The translations under genes were made by a program, and so were the position numbers. The notes beneath the pieces were generated by a model. It had not been told where the DNA came from, searched no databases, and saw nothing but the letters and a program-made list of their open reading frames with translations. From NCBI GenBank assembly GCA_028681135.1, contig JAQUJC010000006.1, positions 3,189 to 67,188 of the forward strand: a DNA stretch of 64,000 nucleotides, in the 5' to 3' direction. Source of the stretch: Kiritimatiellia bacterium. GTDB lineage: Bacteria > Verrucomicrobiota > Kiritimatiellia > CAIQIC01 > Lenti-01. Of this stretch, positions 19,396-28,632 are shown piece by piece (position 1 is the stretch's first letter; every line of letters starts with the position of its first letter).

Positions 19396-21231
19396 TCAGC
19401 CAGCGTGAGTCCAGTCGTGGTCGCGACGACGTTTGCGCTCTACTTCGGTCAGGAAGAATTTGCGCAGGCGCACAGCGTCGGGGGTGGCCTCGACGAGTTC
19501 GTCATCGTTGATGTATTCAAGGGCTTCCTCGAGGGACAGGCGCACGGCGGGGGCGACAGCCAATTTGCGGTCGGAGCCGGACGCGCGCATGTTGGTGAGT
19601 TTTTTGCCGCGCTGGACATTGACGACGAGGTCGCTGTCCTTGCTGTGTTCGCCGACAATCTGGCCTTCGTAACAGGTGTCGCCGGGATCGATGAAGAAAA
19701 AACCACGGTTCTGAAGGCCGTCGAGGGCATAGGCGGCGGCCCTTCCGTTGTCCATGCTCAGGAGAACACCGTTGAGGCGTTGGGACAGATTGTTGCGCAT
19801 GGGATCATAGCGCAGAAATCGGTGGTGAAAAATGGCTTCGCCGCTGGTGGCGGTGACGATCTTGGTGCGCAGGCCAATAAGCCCGCGGGTGGGGATGGTG
19901 AATTCCATGGTGGTACGGCCTCCGGCCGTGTGCATCCGGTCCATGACACCCTGGCGACGCCCGACATTCTCGATGACGGGTCCGGTGCATTCGTCGGGTA
20001 CATCAACCAGGAGAGTTTCGACGGGCTCATGACGAACACCGGTGATGATTCTAATAATGACACGCGGACGGGAGATGGTCAGCTCATAGCCTTCGCGGCG
20101 CATGGTTTCCACCAAGACGGCGAGGTGCAATACCCCACGGCCACTGACCTTGAAGGAGCCTTCGCCGACTTCCTCGAAGGTGAGGGCGACATCCTTCTGA
20201 GATTCGCGGTAAAGTCGTTCGCGGATGTGGCGAGAAGTGAGATATTTCCCAGAGGAGCCGAAGCCGGGGGAATCGTTGATGCGAAAGACCATCGAGAGCG
20301 TGGGAGCGTCAAGGGCGATGGGGGCAAGCGGATCGGGAAAATCAATGGCCGTGAGCGTGTCGCCGATATCCACATCTTCAATGCCGTGGACTGCGCAGAG
20401 TTCGCCGCATTCGACTTGGTCGGTCTTTTTCTGGCCAAGTCCCTCAAAAATGTGCAATGCGCGAATCTTGCAGGGCAGGATCGAGCGGTCGCACTTGACA
20501 AGGGCCAGCGGCTGAGAGGCGTCGAGAACGCCGCGGCGCACGCGGCCAATGCCGATGCGGCCAGTATAATCGGAGTAGTCCAGGCTGGTGATCTGCATCT
20601 GCACCGGGCCGGTGTCGAGCTTCGGGGCCGGGATGAAGTCGAGGAGGGTATCCAGGAGGGGGAGGATGGAGTCGCGTGGGTCTTGTTCGAGATCGCGGAC
20701 CGCCCAGCCATCGCGGCCGGCGGCGTAGAGGATCGGGAAGTCGAGCTGATCATGAGAAGCACCAAGTTCGACGAAGAGGTCAAAGATTTCGTTGAGGACC
20801 GAGTCGTGGCGTTCAGCCGGCTTGTCGATTTTGTTGAGGACAACGATTGGCTTGAGGCCGAGTTGAAGGGCTTTATCGAGGACAAAGCGGGTCTGGGGCA
20901 TGGGGCCTTCGGCGGCATCCACCAGCAAGAGGACGCCATCAGCCATGTTGAGGACGCGTTCGACTTGCCCGCCGAAGTCGGCATGGCCGGGGGTATCGAT
21001 AATGTTGATTTTGACGCCCCGGTAAAGGACCGACACATTTTTGGAAAGAATGGTGATGCCGCGTTCGCGCTCAAGGTCATTGCTGTCGAGGAGGCAGTCT
21101 TGGGTGGCTTCGTCGCCCTCCGCGATGTGGAGTTGACGCAGAATGGCATCGACCAGCGTGGTTTTGCCGTGGTCGACGTGGGCGATGATGGCGATATTTC
21201 GAAGATGGGAGACGGTATTCATGAGTGGCAA
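19396..21231 (-). CDS. typA: translational GTPase TypA/BipA
   Basis: The N-terminus reads [18 protein letters not shown], with a trGTPase G domain. Its length of 611 aa is typical of BipA. Confidence 0.9.
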   Translation of the reverse strand: MPLMNTVSHLRNIAIIAHVDHGKTTLVDAILRQLHIAEGDEATQDCLLDSNDLERERGITILSKNVSVLYRGVKINIIDTPGHADFGGQVERVLNMADGVLLLVDAAEGPMPQTRFVLDKALQLGLKPIVVLNKIDKPAERHDSVLNEIFDLFVELGASHDQLDFPILYAAGRDGWAVRDLEQDPRDSILPLLDTLLDFIPAPKLDTGPVQMQITSLDYSDYTGRIGIGRVRRGVLDASQPLALVKCDRSILPCKIRALHIFEGLGQKKTDQVECGELCAVHGIEDVDIGDTLTAIDFPDPLAPIALDAPTLSMVFRINDSPGFGSSGKYLTSRHIRERLYRESQKDVALTFEEVGEGSFKVSGRGVLHLAVLVETMRREGYELTISRPRVIIRIITGVRHEPVETLLVDVPDECTGPVIENVGRRQGVMDRMHTAGGRTTMEFTIPTRGLIGLRTKIVTATSGEAIFHHRFLRYDPMRNNLSQRLNGVLLSMDNGRAAAYALDGLQNRGFFFIDPGDTCYEGQIVGEHSKDSDLVVNVQRGKKLTNMRASGSDRKLAVAPAVRLSLEEALEYINDDELVEATPDAVRLRKFFLTEVERKRRRDHDWTHAG

Positions 21232-21506
21232 TTCGGAGAGATGGTGAAAAACGGGCGAGGGGTGGGGGCCTGAAACAGGGCACTAGAACGTGGGGAGGCG
21301 TCGCTTGGCGCGACAAGGGGCAGGGGCCGCGTTGCGCATCAAGCGCGATAGCGGTCCAGGGCGTCATGAAAGACGTCGCAAGGGAATGTAATAACGGTCT
21401 GCATGTTTCGGTGGCGGAACTCTACGGCAATTGGGGAAAATAGCAATGGAATAGTTTTACCAGAATGCGCCGTGAACGCGCTGGACGCAGGGGAGGGGGG
21501 GGGCGG

Positions 21507-22181
21507 TCAGGGGAGCACTCGATATTGCCGGAACGTACGGATCGGGCCGCTTATGGGTTGAATCTGATAGATGCCCACCTCGAAGATTCGACCGCGCCAC
21601 TCGTCGTTGTCCACCATGTTGAGGGGCAACCCTTCCACAATAATCGGGGTCTCCTCAAAAGTCTTTGTGTCCCGAGCGCGCCTGGGGATAACGCCGCCTT
21701 TTTCATACGTGAAGGGCAGGCATCGCCAATTGCCATCCTCCTCCATTTGCAGCAGCTTGAGGTTTCGTATCCTGGCTGCGCCCTGACTCCTCAAGGCCTC
21801 TTCTTTCAGTTTGATCTCATCGAGATGCTTCTGGTGTTCTTCGGCCTCGAGGCGGACAGCGTCTTGCTGGCGCTGTTCCCATTCCTGTTGGGCCTGCTGG
21901 GTAAAGTACCAATAGGTGACGGCCATGACCGGATCGTAGTTGTACCGTTGGCGAAGAACTTCTGCCAATTCATGGAAGTAGAGCTTGGTGACCCCCCGGT
22001 CGTGCATGTAGGAAAGACCATCCGGCTCTACCCGCATCACAAAAACATTGGTGAGGATGGTGCCGTCGGCCAGGATCAGGTCTTCAAAATACGCGTGGGT
22101 CGTAGTGGCCAGCGCGAGCAACGCCATGCAAATGAATTTTTTCACAGCGCCATCATAGGGGTGTCGGGTTGGCATCGCCAA
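21507..22181 (-). CDS. hypothetical secreted protein with coiled-coil segment
   Basis: It has a signal-peptide-like N-terminus (KKFICMALLALATTTHA). The central part is a Gln/Glu-rich heptad region. No recognisable catalytic motifs were seen. Confidence 0.45.
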   Translation of the reverse strand: MAMPTRHPYDGAVKKFICMALLALATTTHAYFEDLILADGTILTNVFVMRVEPDGLSYMHDRGVTKLYFHELAEVLRQRYNYDPVMAVTYWYFTQQAQQEWEQRQQDAVRLEAEEHQKHLDEIKLKEEALRSQGAARIRNLKLLQMEEDGNWRCLPFTYEKGGVIPRRARDTKTFEETPIIVEGLPLNMVDNDEWRGRIFEVGIYQIQPISGPIRTFRQYRVLP

Positions 22182-22293
22182 GAATAAATGCGAGTGGAAC
22201 TAGGCAACCCGCACATTCGCGACAGCTTAAAATGCGGTCAAAAAATTGGCCGCGCCTTTTAGGGGCGCGGCCATTGTGATGGGCTATTTGCGA

Positions 22294-23850
22294 TCAGCCG
22301 GCGATGGTTTTCAGGTCATCGTCAGCAGTCGTGATGGGGGTCAGGCCGAACTGTTCGACCAGGACATTGAGCACCGTGGGCGAGACAAACGCGGGAAGCG
22401 TGGGCCCGATACGGATGTTCTTGATGCCGAGGGCGAGGAGCGTCAGCAAGATGCACACCGCCTTCTGCTCGTACCAGGAGAGGATCAGCGAGAGGGGCAG
22501 GTCATTGACGCCGCACTCGAAGACCTTGGCCAGGGTGAGGGCAACCTGAATGGCGGAGTAGGCGTCGTTGCACTGGCCCATGTCCAGCAGGCGCGGAATG
22601 CCGCCGATGTCGCCGAGCTGGTCTTGCAGGTGGTTGAAGCGGAATTTGCCGCAGGCCAGCGTCAGCACGAGGGAATCCTTGGGCGTCTTCTCGACGAACT
22701 GGGTGTAGTAGTCGCGACCGAGCTTGGCACCATCACAGCCACCGACCAGGTAGATGTGCTTGATGGCACCGGATTTGACGGCGTCCACCACTTTGTCGGC
22801 GACGGACATCACCGCGTTATGGCCGAAGCCGGTCATCAGCTCATACGCGCCAGCCGTTTCTTCCGTCCAGCCGCCGAGATCGATGGCCTGTTGGATGATG
22901 GTGGAGAAGTCCTTATGACCAGTATCATCCGCAGCGATGTGCTGGACACCGGGCCACCCGACTTCAGCCGTGGTGGCGAGGTGCTGGATATAGGAGGGGC
23001 GCGGCGGCATGATGCAGTTGGTGGTGTAGAGGACCACGCCGGGCAGGTTGGCAAATTCCTTCTGTTGGTTCTGCCAGGCGGTCCCGAAGTGCCCCTTGAG
23101 GTGCGGGTACTTCTTCAGGCCGGGATAGGCGAGCGCGGGCAGCATTTCACCGTGGGTGTAGATGTTTACGCCTTTGCCTTCGGACTGTTCAAGCAGCATC
23201 TTGAGATCGAGCAAATCGTGGCCGGTGATAATGATGAAGGGGCCCTTGTGTTGCGTGAGCGAGACGCGTGTCGGTTCAGGATGGCCATAGGCACCGGTAT
23301 TGGCGGCGTCGAGCAGCTCCATGCAGGCGAGATTGATCAGGCCGAATTCCATGATCAGCTCGAGCCATTCCTCGACGGTATGCTCATCGCCGAGGGCCTT
23401 CATGCCCTTCTGGAACCAGGCGGAGACCTTGGGGTCGGTCTTGCCCAGGACGCGGGCGTGGGCGGCATAGGCCGCCATGCCGCGCATCCCAAAGAGCAGG
23501 GTTGAACGCAGAGAGACGACATCGGTGTCGCCGTGGAAAAGGTCTTCTGGGCGGTATGTGTTGGCCCCGCCGGCGGCCACAGCCGCCTGCAGAATACGGT
23601 CGCGCATCGCGGCATTGTCCTGGGGGTCAAAGTTGACGTTGGTGATCGTCATAAACAGCGCATCCATGAACAGCGCCTCGAACGTGGGGTTGGCGGGCTG
23701 GCCATCAATGGCGCGGGCGAGAGTAATCAGTGCCGCACTGATTTCATCCTGTAAGTTCGAGACTTCGGGGGGCTTGCCACAGACGCCGGTGCGGGTGCAG
23801 CCGGTGCCGCCTGCGGCTTGCTCGCATTGGAAACAAAACATTTCGCTCAT
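22294..23850 (-). CDS. hcp: hybrid cluster protein / hydroxylamine reductase
   Basis: The N-terminus reads MFCFQCEQAAGGTGC. NVNFDP, GKYGHPEPT, GHDLLDLKMLLEQSEGKGVNIYTHGEML and LGGCDGAK are present, and the C-terminal LSWYEQKAVCILLTLLALG is conserved. A GGAGAA RBS lies upstream. Confidence 0.95.
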   Translation of the reverse strand: MSEMFCFQCEQAAGGTGCTRTGVCGKPPEVSNLQDEISAALITLARAIDGQPANPTFEALFMDALFMTITNVNFDPQDNAAMRDRILQAAVAAGGANTYRPEDLFHGDTDVVSLRSTLLFGMRGMAAYAAHARVLGKTDPKVSAWFQKGMKALGDEHTVEEWLELIMEFGLINLACMELLDAANTGAYGHPEPTRVSLTQHKGPFIIITGHDLLDLKMLLEQSEGKGVNIYTHGEMLPALAYPGLKKYPHLKGHFGTAWQNQQKEFANLPGVVLYTTNCIMPPRPSYIQHLATTAEVGWPGVQHIAADDTGHKDFSTIIQQAIDLGGWTEETAGAYELMTGFGHNAVMSVADKVVDAVKSGAIKHIYLVGGCDGAKLGRDYYTQFVEKTPKDSLVLTLACGKFRFNHLQDQLGDIGGIPRLLDMGQCNDAYSAIQVALTLAKVFECGVNDLPLSLILSWYEQKAVCILLTLLALGIKNIRIGPTLPAFVSPTVLNVLVEQFGLTPITTADDDLKTIAG

Positions 23851-24037
23851 GGGGAATTCTCCTTGTGGGGGTTGTTATTTTAAAGAGGTCAGGTGTCAGG
23901 GGTCAGACGGAGTGGTCGCCGGTCCTGGTGGGGCCGGCTGCTGCCTGTATAGTTCCGCGCCTAGCAGGCGCATCTGTAATTGGCCATGATTTCATTTCGT
24001 TCGGACTCCTGAATTCTCAATTCTGTATGCTGTTTGC

Positions 24038-24769
24038 TCATTCCTCAAGCAGAGAACCGTCGGTGCTGACGGTGACGATTTGCCATGGTATCATTTTGCC
24101 GCTGGCTTGCAATGCGCGCTTGGCGGCATCGGCGATGCCGCCGCAGCAGGGGACTTCCATGCGCAGGACGGTGAGGCTCTTGATGTCGTTCGCCTGCAGG
24201 ATGGCGGTGAGTTTTTCCGCGTAGTCGCCTTCGTCGAGTTTGGGGCAGCCGATGAGAGTGACCTTGTTTCGCATGAATGTGTTATGGATGTCGGCATAGG
24301 CGAAGGCGGTGCAGTCGGCGGCCACCAACAGCGCGGCATTCTTCAGATAAGGGGCGCCCGGATTGACCAGTTTGATCTGGACCGGCCAGGTCGTCAGCTC
24401 CGAAACCGGTCGACCGGCCGGTGTGGAGTCAGCCGCTTCCGGGGTCGATTTGCGCTCAATCGTCTTGGCCATCTGGCCGGGGCAGCCGCAGGGCAGGGGC
24501 GGTTTTGGAGAGGCTTCGGCCGCCGTCTTCTGTTCGGCCATGCGTGCCTGGACTGCCGCTTCGTCGTACTCGGCGGCTTCGCGCTCGATCATCTGGATGG
24601 CATCAGTGGGGCAGGCGGGCAGGCAGTCGCCAAGCCCGTCGCAGTAGCTGTCGGACACGAGTTTGGCCTTGCCGTTCACCAGTTGGATGGCGCCTTCGTG
24701 GCAGGCGCTGACGCACAGGCCACAGCCGTTGCAGAGGTCTTCGTCGATGGAAATAATTTTACGTATCAT
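24038..24769 (-). CDS. 4Fe-4S dicluster ferredoxin-domain protein with a C-terminal Cys-containing domain of unknown function (hcp-associated)
   Basis: Two CxxCxxCxxxCP motifs are present (CNGCGLCVSACHEG and CDGLGDCLPACPTD). The C-terminal domain (ADCTAFAY...LIGCPKLD...MEVPCCGG) is paralogous to the CDS at 25303-25779. The likely start is the internal Met MIRKII at 24769, which overlaps the upstream gene by 4 bp. Confidence 0.75.
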   Translation of the reverse strand: MIRKIISIDEDLCNGCGLCVSACHEGAIQLVNGKAKLVSDSYCDGLGDCLPACPTDAIQMIEREAAEYDEAAVQARMAEQKTAAEASPKPPLPCGCPGQMAKTIERKSTPEAADSTPAGRPVSELTTWPVQIKLVNPGAPYLKNAALLVAADCTAFAYADIHNTFMRNKVTLIGCPKLDEGDYAEKLTAILQANDIKSLTVLRMEVPCCGGIADAAKRALQASGKMIPWQIVTVSTDGSLLEE

Positions 24770-25203
24770 GCGGGGACCAGTTGGGTTTTGTCTAACGATC
24801 TCGCCAAACTTGCGAGCGTGGTGTGTTTCATGGTTGTGTGGAGCCGTCCATTTTCCTGTTCGATGAGGCGGCCGATGCTGCAAGCGCGCCCGCCACAAAT
24901 TTTGGGATCGAGCAGGCAACGGTGAGGGTGCAGCGGGGGGCCGCCGGCGGCCTCGTAGATATCGAGCAAGGTGATCTGCTGGGCCGGGCGGGCGAGGCGG
25001 ATGCCGCCATGCCGTCCACGTGCGGTCTCAAGCAGGCCGCCACGCACGAGCCGTTGGACAATCTTGGCCAGATGATGAGCAGAAAATCCTAGCTCTTGAG
25101 CGAGTTGCGGAGATGGGCGATAGACACCGTCATCCTCCGCAATCCACAGACACGTGTGGAGCGCAATGGATAGCGATTCAGGAATTTGAAGTATACCGAT
25201 CAT
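24766..25203 (-). CDS. Rrf2-family transcriptional regulator (NsrR/IscR-like, three-Cys cluster ligands)
   Basis: It has a winged-HTH N-terminus and the C-terminal CLLDPKICGGRAC Cys triad. It sits next to hcp. Confidence 0.85.
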   Translation of the reverse strand: MIGILQIPESLSIALHTCLWIAEDDGVYRPSPQLAQELGFSAHHLAKIVQRLVRGGLLETARGRHGGIRLARPAQQITLLDIYEAAGGPPLHPHRCLLDPKICGGRACSIGRLIEQENGRLHTTMKHTTLASLARSLDKTQLVPA

Positions 25204-25302
25204 GGGTGGTTTCTAAACAGGTATTACAATACCAGATATAGGCTCACCCGCAACTATTTTTAGAAAAATAGGAACGCGGGGGGGGCGCGCTAATAGTGCA
25301 GG

Positions 25303-25779
25303 CTAGAGGGTCAGCCACTCGGACTGGCGGATCTCACCATTAATGCCGACGATGATCTCCTTGACGGGAACCTTGCGGGTGGCGGATTCCATGGCGCGGC
25401 GCGCGAGGGCGGACAGCCCGCGGCAGCAGGGCACTTCCATGATCATGACGGTTAGGGTGTTGATGTTGGCGTCGTCGAACCACGCGCGGATTTTATCGAC
25501 GTAGACCTCCTGGTTGCTGTCGAGCTTCGGGCAGGCGATGGCGATGGCTTTGTCCTGGAGGTGGTCGGTGTGGTAGCCGCCGAGGGCATAGGCTACGCAG
25601 TCGGCCGTTAGCACGACGTCGGCCCCCTTGAAATAGGGCGCCAGGGGCGAAATCAGGTGGAGTTGGACTGGCCACTGGCGCAATTGGGATGGTGCCGAGC
25701 CCGGGGCAACCGGTTCGGCGGCGGCTTGGGGTGTGCGCAAATCCATCATCTTTGATCCGGGGCAACCTTGGAAGTTCAT
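25303..25779 (-). CDS. Cys-containing domain protein of unknown function (paralog of the C-terminal domain of the 24038-24769 ferredoxin)
   Basis: Shared motifs include WPVQ.HL..P.APY.K.A..L.AADC.A.A, ...CPKLD... and MEVPCC.G. A GAGG RBS lies 8 nt upstream of the ATG at 25779. Confidence 0.55.
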   Translation of the reverse strand: MNFQGCPGSKMMDLRTPQAAAEPVAPGSAPSQLRQWPVQLHLISPLAPYFKGADVVLTADCVAYALGGYHTDHLQDKAIAIACPKLDSNQEVYVDKIRAWFDDANINTLTVMIMEVPCCRGLSALARRAMESATRKVPVKEIIVGINGEIRQSEWLTL

Positions 25780-25836
25780 GCGTGTTCCTCTCTTTTCATG
25801 CTCGTTTTTACAGGGATGTTGGCTGGAGTCCGGCGG

Positions 25837-26649
25837 TCAGGACGCGTCCTGCGGCGGGGGGATGCCCCAGCGGGTTTCCAGTTTCGCCACGAATTGCTCC
25901 AGTTGTTGGGGCAAGCCGCCGAAGTGGCGGTCCACCTCGGCAAATTGCGCATACATCTGGCCCACCTGAGCATCCAGCAATAGGCGGTCCATCCAGGGAT
26001 AGAGAATCTCGTCTTCCTTGCGGATGTGGTCCCGGAGCAGGTCGGCATAGGCCAGCAAGTGTTTTCCGGCGGCGGTGGCATCCCGCTGCTCGACCGCGGC
26101 GACGATGGCGCGTACGTGTCCGCGGGCAGTCTCGTGATCGGTCCGCATGGCCTTGAGGATGTCCATGTCCGGCGAGAAATAGCCGAAGAGGATGTCTTCT
26201 TCCTTGGCGTGGTGGAACTGGTCGGCATAGGAACGGATGAACTCCACGCCGTTGAGAACGAGTTGGTGGCCCTCGGCGGTAGCCAGATCGGCGCGCTCGA
26301 CCACGTGCGGGATCAGGGCCGCCCAGCGCAAGATCCAGCGGTGCTCGGTCATCAGCTTGCGAATAGGCGGCGAGGTGCCGGCCTGGCCTGTCGCAAAAGG
26401 ACGCCGTTTCCGCAGGGGAACGGGCGCGGTGCGGCCGGGCTCCACTACCCGTGCGATGCGTTCCATCATGTCCCGCTCAGCTTCCGGTTCGAGGTGGTGA
26501 ATGTCGACGATATCCTTGAGCAGGCAGGTGCCCACGCTGCAATCCACGCAGCCAATCTGGAAATCCCCCAGAATGACACCGATGGGCGGGTGCGCCGCAA
26601 TGACGTCCTTGATGGGGTGGTCCAGCGACATTTCGAAAGATGTGGACAT
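25837..26649 (-). CDS. RIC/ScdA/YtfE-like di-iron protein: N-terminal DUF1858 (hybrid-cluster-associated redox-disulfide-like, CxxC) fused to a hemerythrin HHE cation-binding domain
   Basis: The N-terminus carries DCSVGTC. Hemerythrin-like H...H/E...E spacing is present (HRWILRW, FHHAKEEDILF, EDEILYPWMD). The preferred start is the ATG at 26649 with a GGAG RBS; the track ORF begins at a TTG at 26664. Confidence 0.75.
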   Translation of the reverse strand: MSTSFEMSLDHPIKDVIAAHPPIGVILGDFQIGCVDCSVGTCLLKDIVDIHHLEPEAERDMMERIARVVEPGRTAPVPLRKRRPFATGQAGTSPPIRKLMTEHRWILRWAALIPHVVERADLATAEGHQLVLNGVEFIRSYADQFHHAKEEDILFGYFSPDMDILKAMRTDHETARGHVRAIVAAVEQRDATAAGKHLLAYADLLRDHIRKEDEILYPWMDRLLLDAQVGQMYAQFAEVDRHFGGLPQQLEQFVAKLETRWGIPPPQDAS

Positions 26650-26821
26650 GCTCCGGTTCTCCAATTAAGACAATGATGTCTTATATTAGCCCGCGCGGGG
26701 CCATGTCGCAACTGGAATTCCAAAAAAAACGATGGGCGGCCGCTGGCCGAGGGGGCGCTGCGGGGTCATGATTGACGTGATGGGGGCATCTGCTATTTTG
26801 GGAGCCAGGAGTCTGAATCAC

Positions 26822-27256
26822 ATGGCTATCATATCTAAAAGCAGTGAATACGGGTTACGCGCAGCGCTGTACATCGCCGCACGCCCGGTCGGGGACTATG
26901 TTTCGATCGGGGAGATGTCGCAGAAACTGGGCATTTCGTTCCATTTTTTGACCAAGATTCTACAAAAGCTCACCCAGGGCGGTCTGCTGAAATCGAGGCG
27001 GGGGGCCAAGGGCGGCATTGCGCTGGCCAAGCCGGCGGATACAATCTCGTTGTTGGATATTGTCGAAAACGTGGATGGGGCCGACCTGTTCGGCGGGTGC
27101 ATTCTGGGGCTGGTCGGCTGCGGGGTGAAACGCCCGTGCCCCTTGCACCAGCATTGGAGCCGTGAACGCACACGCATCGAAGCGATGTTCCGCAAGATGA
27201 CGCTGCAACGGTTAGCGTGTGAAACCGCGCGCAATCAGTTGCGGCTGGCGGACTAG
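26822..27256 (+). CDS. Rrf2-family transcriptional regulator (second copy)
   Basis: The N-terminus reads MAIISKSSEYGLRAALYIA, the typical Rrf2 wHTH. Its Cys residues are GGCILGLVGCGVKRPCP. It is divergent from the RIC-like gene. Confidence 0.85.
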   Translation: MAIISKSSEYGLRAALYIAARPVGDYVSIGEMSQKLGISFHFLTKILQKLTQGGLLKSRRGAKGGIALAKPADTISLLDIVENVDGADLFGGCILGLVGCGVKRPCPLHQHWSRERTRIEAMFRKMTLQRLACETARNQLRLAD

Positions 27257-27396
27257 CCTGGATTATTCATGCGACAAGCGGATTCACTCGCGACACAAGG
27301 GCGCGCGCGGGGGGGGGCTAAGTTCTGAATATTTGGCTGTGTCTTAGCGGAGGGGAGGATTTCAAAAGGGGTAAGACCCTGATGTGCAAAAGAAAA

Positions 27397-28518
27397 TCAG
27401 GGCCCTTTCGCGCAACGAAAACCATGGGAATTGCTTTTCGTGATCGGATCGAGGTTGGAACGGCGCGCGACGAACGCAGTGGCCGGGTAGTTGTTCCACG
27501 ATCCGCCCCGCCGTACGCGTTGTGCTCCCGTCGTGGGCCCCTGCGGGTCCGTTGTGTAGCCCGCCGAATAGGGGGCCTCCCAATCCCAGCACCATTCCCA
27601 GACGTTTCCAGCCATGTCGTGCAACCCGTACCCGTTTCCCGGGAAACAACCTGCGGGGCTTGTATACGGTATGCCGTCAGTCTGAAAGTCGGGATGCCAG
27701 CCCGATGCCGGGCTGGTGTCGTAGGAATATAGATTGTCGGCGTAGTAGTTCGCCCGCGCGTGCCGGATGGTGTCTTCGCCCCAAGGAAACAATCGGCGCT
27801 GTCGTCCGCCGCGCGCCGCTTTTTCCCACTCCGCCTCTGTCGGCAGCCGATACCCGTTCGCCGACCAGTTCACCCACGAGTTGCTGATGTCCACATTCCC
27901 GGTCTTGTACACGGTGAAGAAAAAGGGATCGATGTAATAACACGGCGTTAGGCCTTCGTATTGGCTCCGGGCATTGCACCATTTGACGCTATCGTGCCAG
28001 TTCACCATCTGCACTGGATGATTGTTCGTCTTGCCCGACCCTGGATTGTCAAAGGTGTAGCCGTTTGTACCCGCCCAGTTGTACACGTCTTTCCATTTTC
28101 CGTACGTCACTTCCATTTCGTCCATCCAGAATCCGCTGATGAAGTTCGTATGGACCGGTTCCGTGATTCCAATCTGCCCCAGTTCGACCTCGCCACCATC
28201 AATCCAAACCATGCCCAGCGGTGGGGAATGGGTCGCCATCACGACCCGGTAGAACATCGGCACCGAAACCGTGAATTCCGTCGCGCTATGGCCATCCAGC
28301 GAACCGATGTTGTCGAACGTCCGTTGCCACGGCCCGCCCGCCTGCGCGGCCCACTCCACGCGATAGAGCGCATTGCTGTCGATGGCGTTGGTCCATGACA
28401 ACTGCCCGTTGCCAGGAAACGACGTAATGACCGGGTCCTGCCCCAGTACGGCCGACGCCCAAAGCCCCATGATCATTCCGATGATCGCCATCACGCGCAG
28501 CTTGTTCTTCATAGTCAT
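27397..28518 (-). CDS. formylglycine-generating enzyme (SUMF1/FGE) family protein, secreted
   Basis: It has a signal peptide and an N-terminal FN3-like domain. The FGE-family motifs MDEMEVTYGKW, RLPTEAEWEKAARGG, GNVWEW and RGGSW are present. Confidence 0.85.
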   Translation of the reverse strand: MTMKNKLRVMAIIGMIMGLWASAVLGQDPVITSFPGNGQLSWTNAIDSNALYRVEWAAQAGGPWQRTFDNIGSLDGHSATEFTVSVPMFYRVVMATHSPPLGMVWIDGGEVELGQIGITEPVHTNFISGFWMDEMEVTYGKWKDVYNWAGTNGYTFDNPGSGKTNNHPVQMVNWHDSVKWCNARSQYEGLTPCYYIDPFFFTVYKTGNVDISNSWVNWSANGYRLPTEAEWEKAARGGRQRRLFPWGEDTIRHARANYYADNLYSYDTSPASGWHPDFQTDGIPYTSPAGCFPGNGYGLHDMAGNVWEWCWDWEAPYSAGYTTDPQGPTTGAQRVRRGGSWNNYPATAFVARRSNLDPITKSNSHGFRCAKGP

Positions 28519-28632
28519 TCTCCTTCTGTATTCTTCAGCGTGCGAACGGGATATCGATGGTGAACCGGCTTTGCAGGACCGTGTTGAATCCCGTCGCGCA
28601 TGGTCGCTCCATGGGGACGCAGTTTTCCCATG

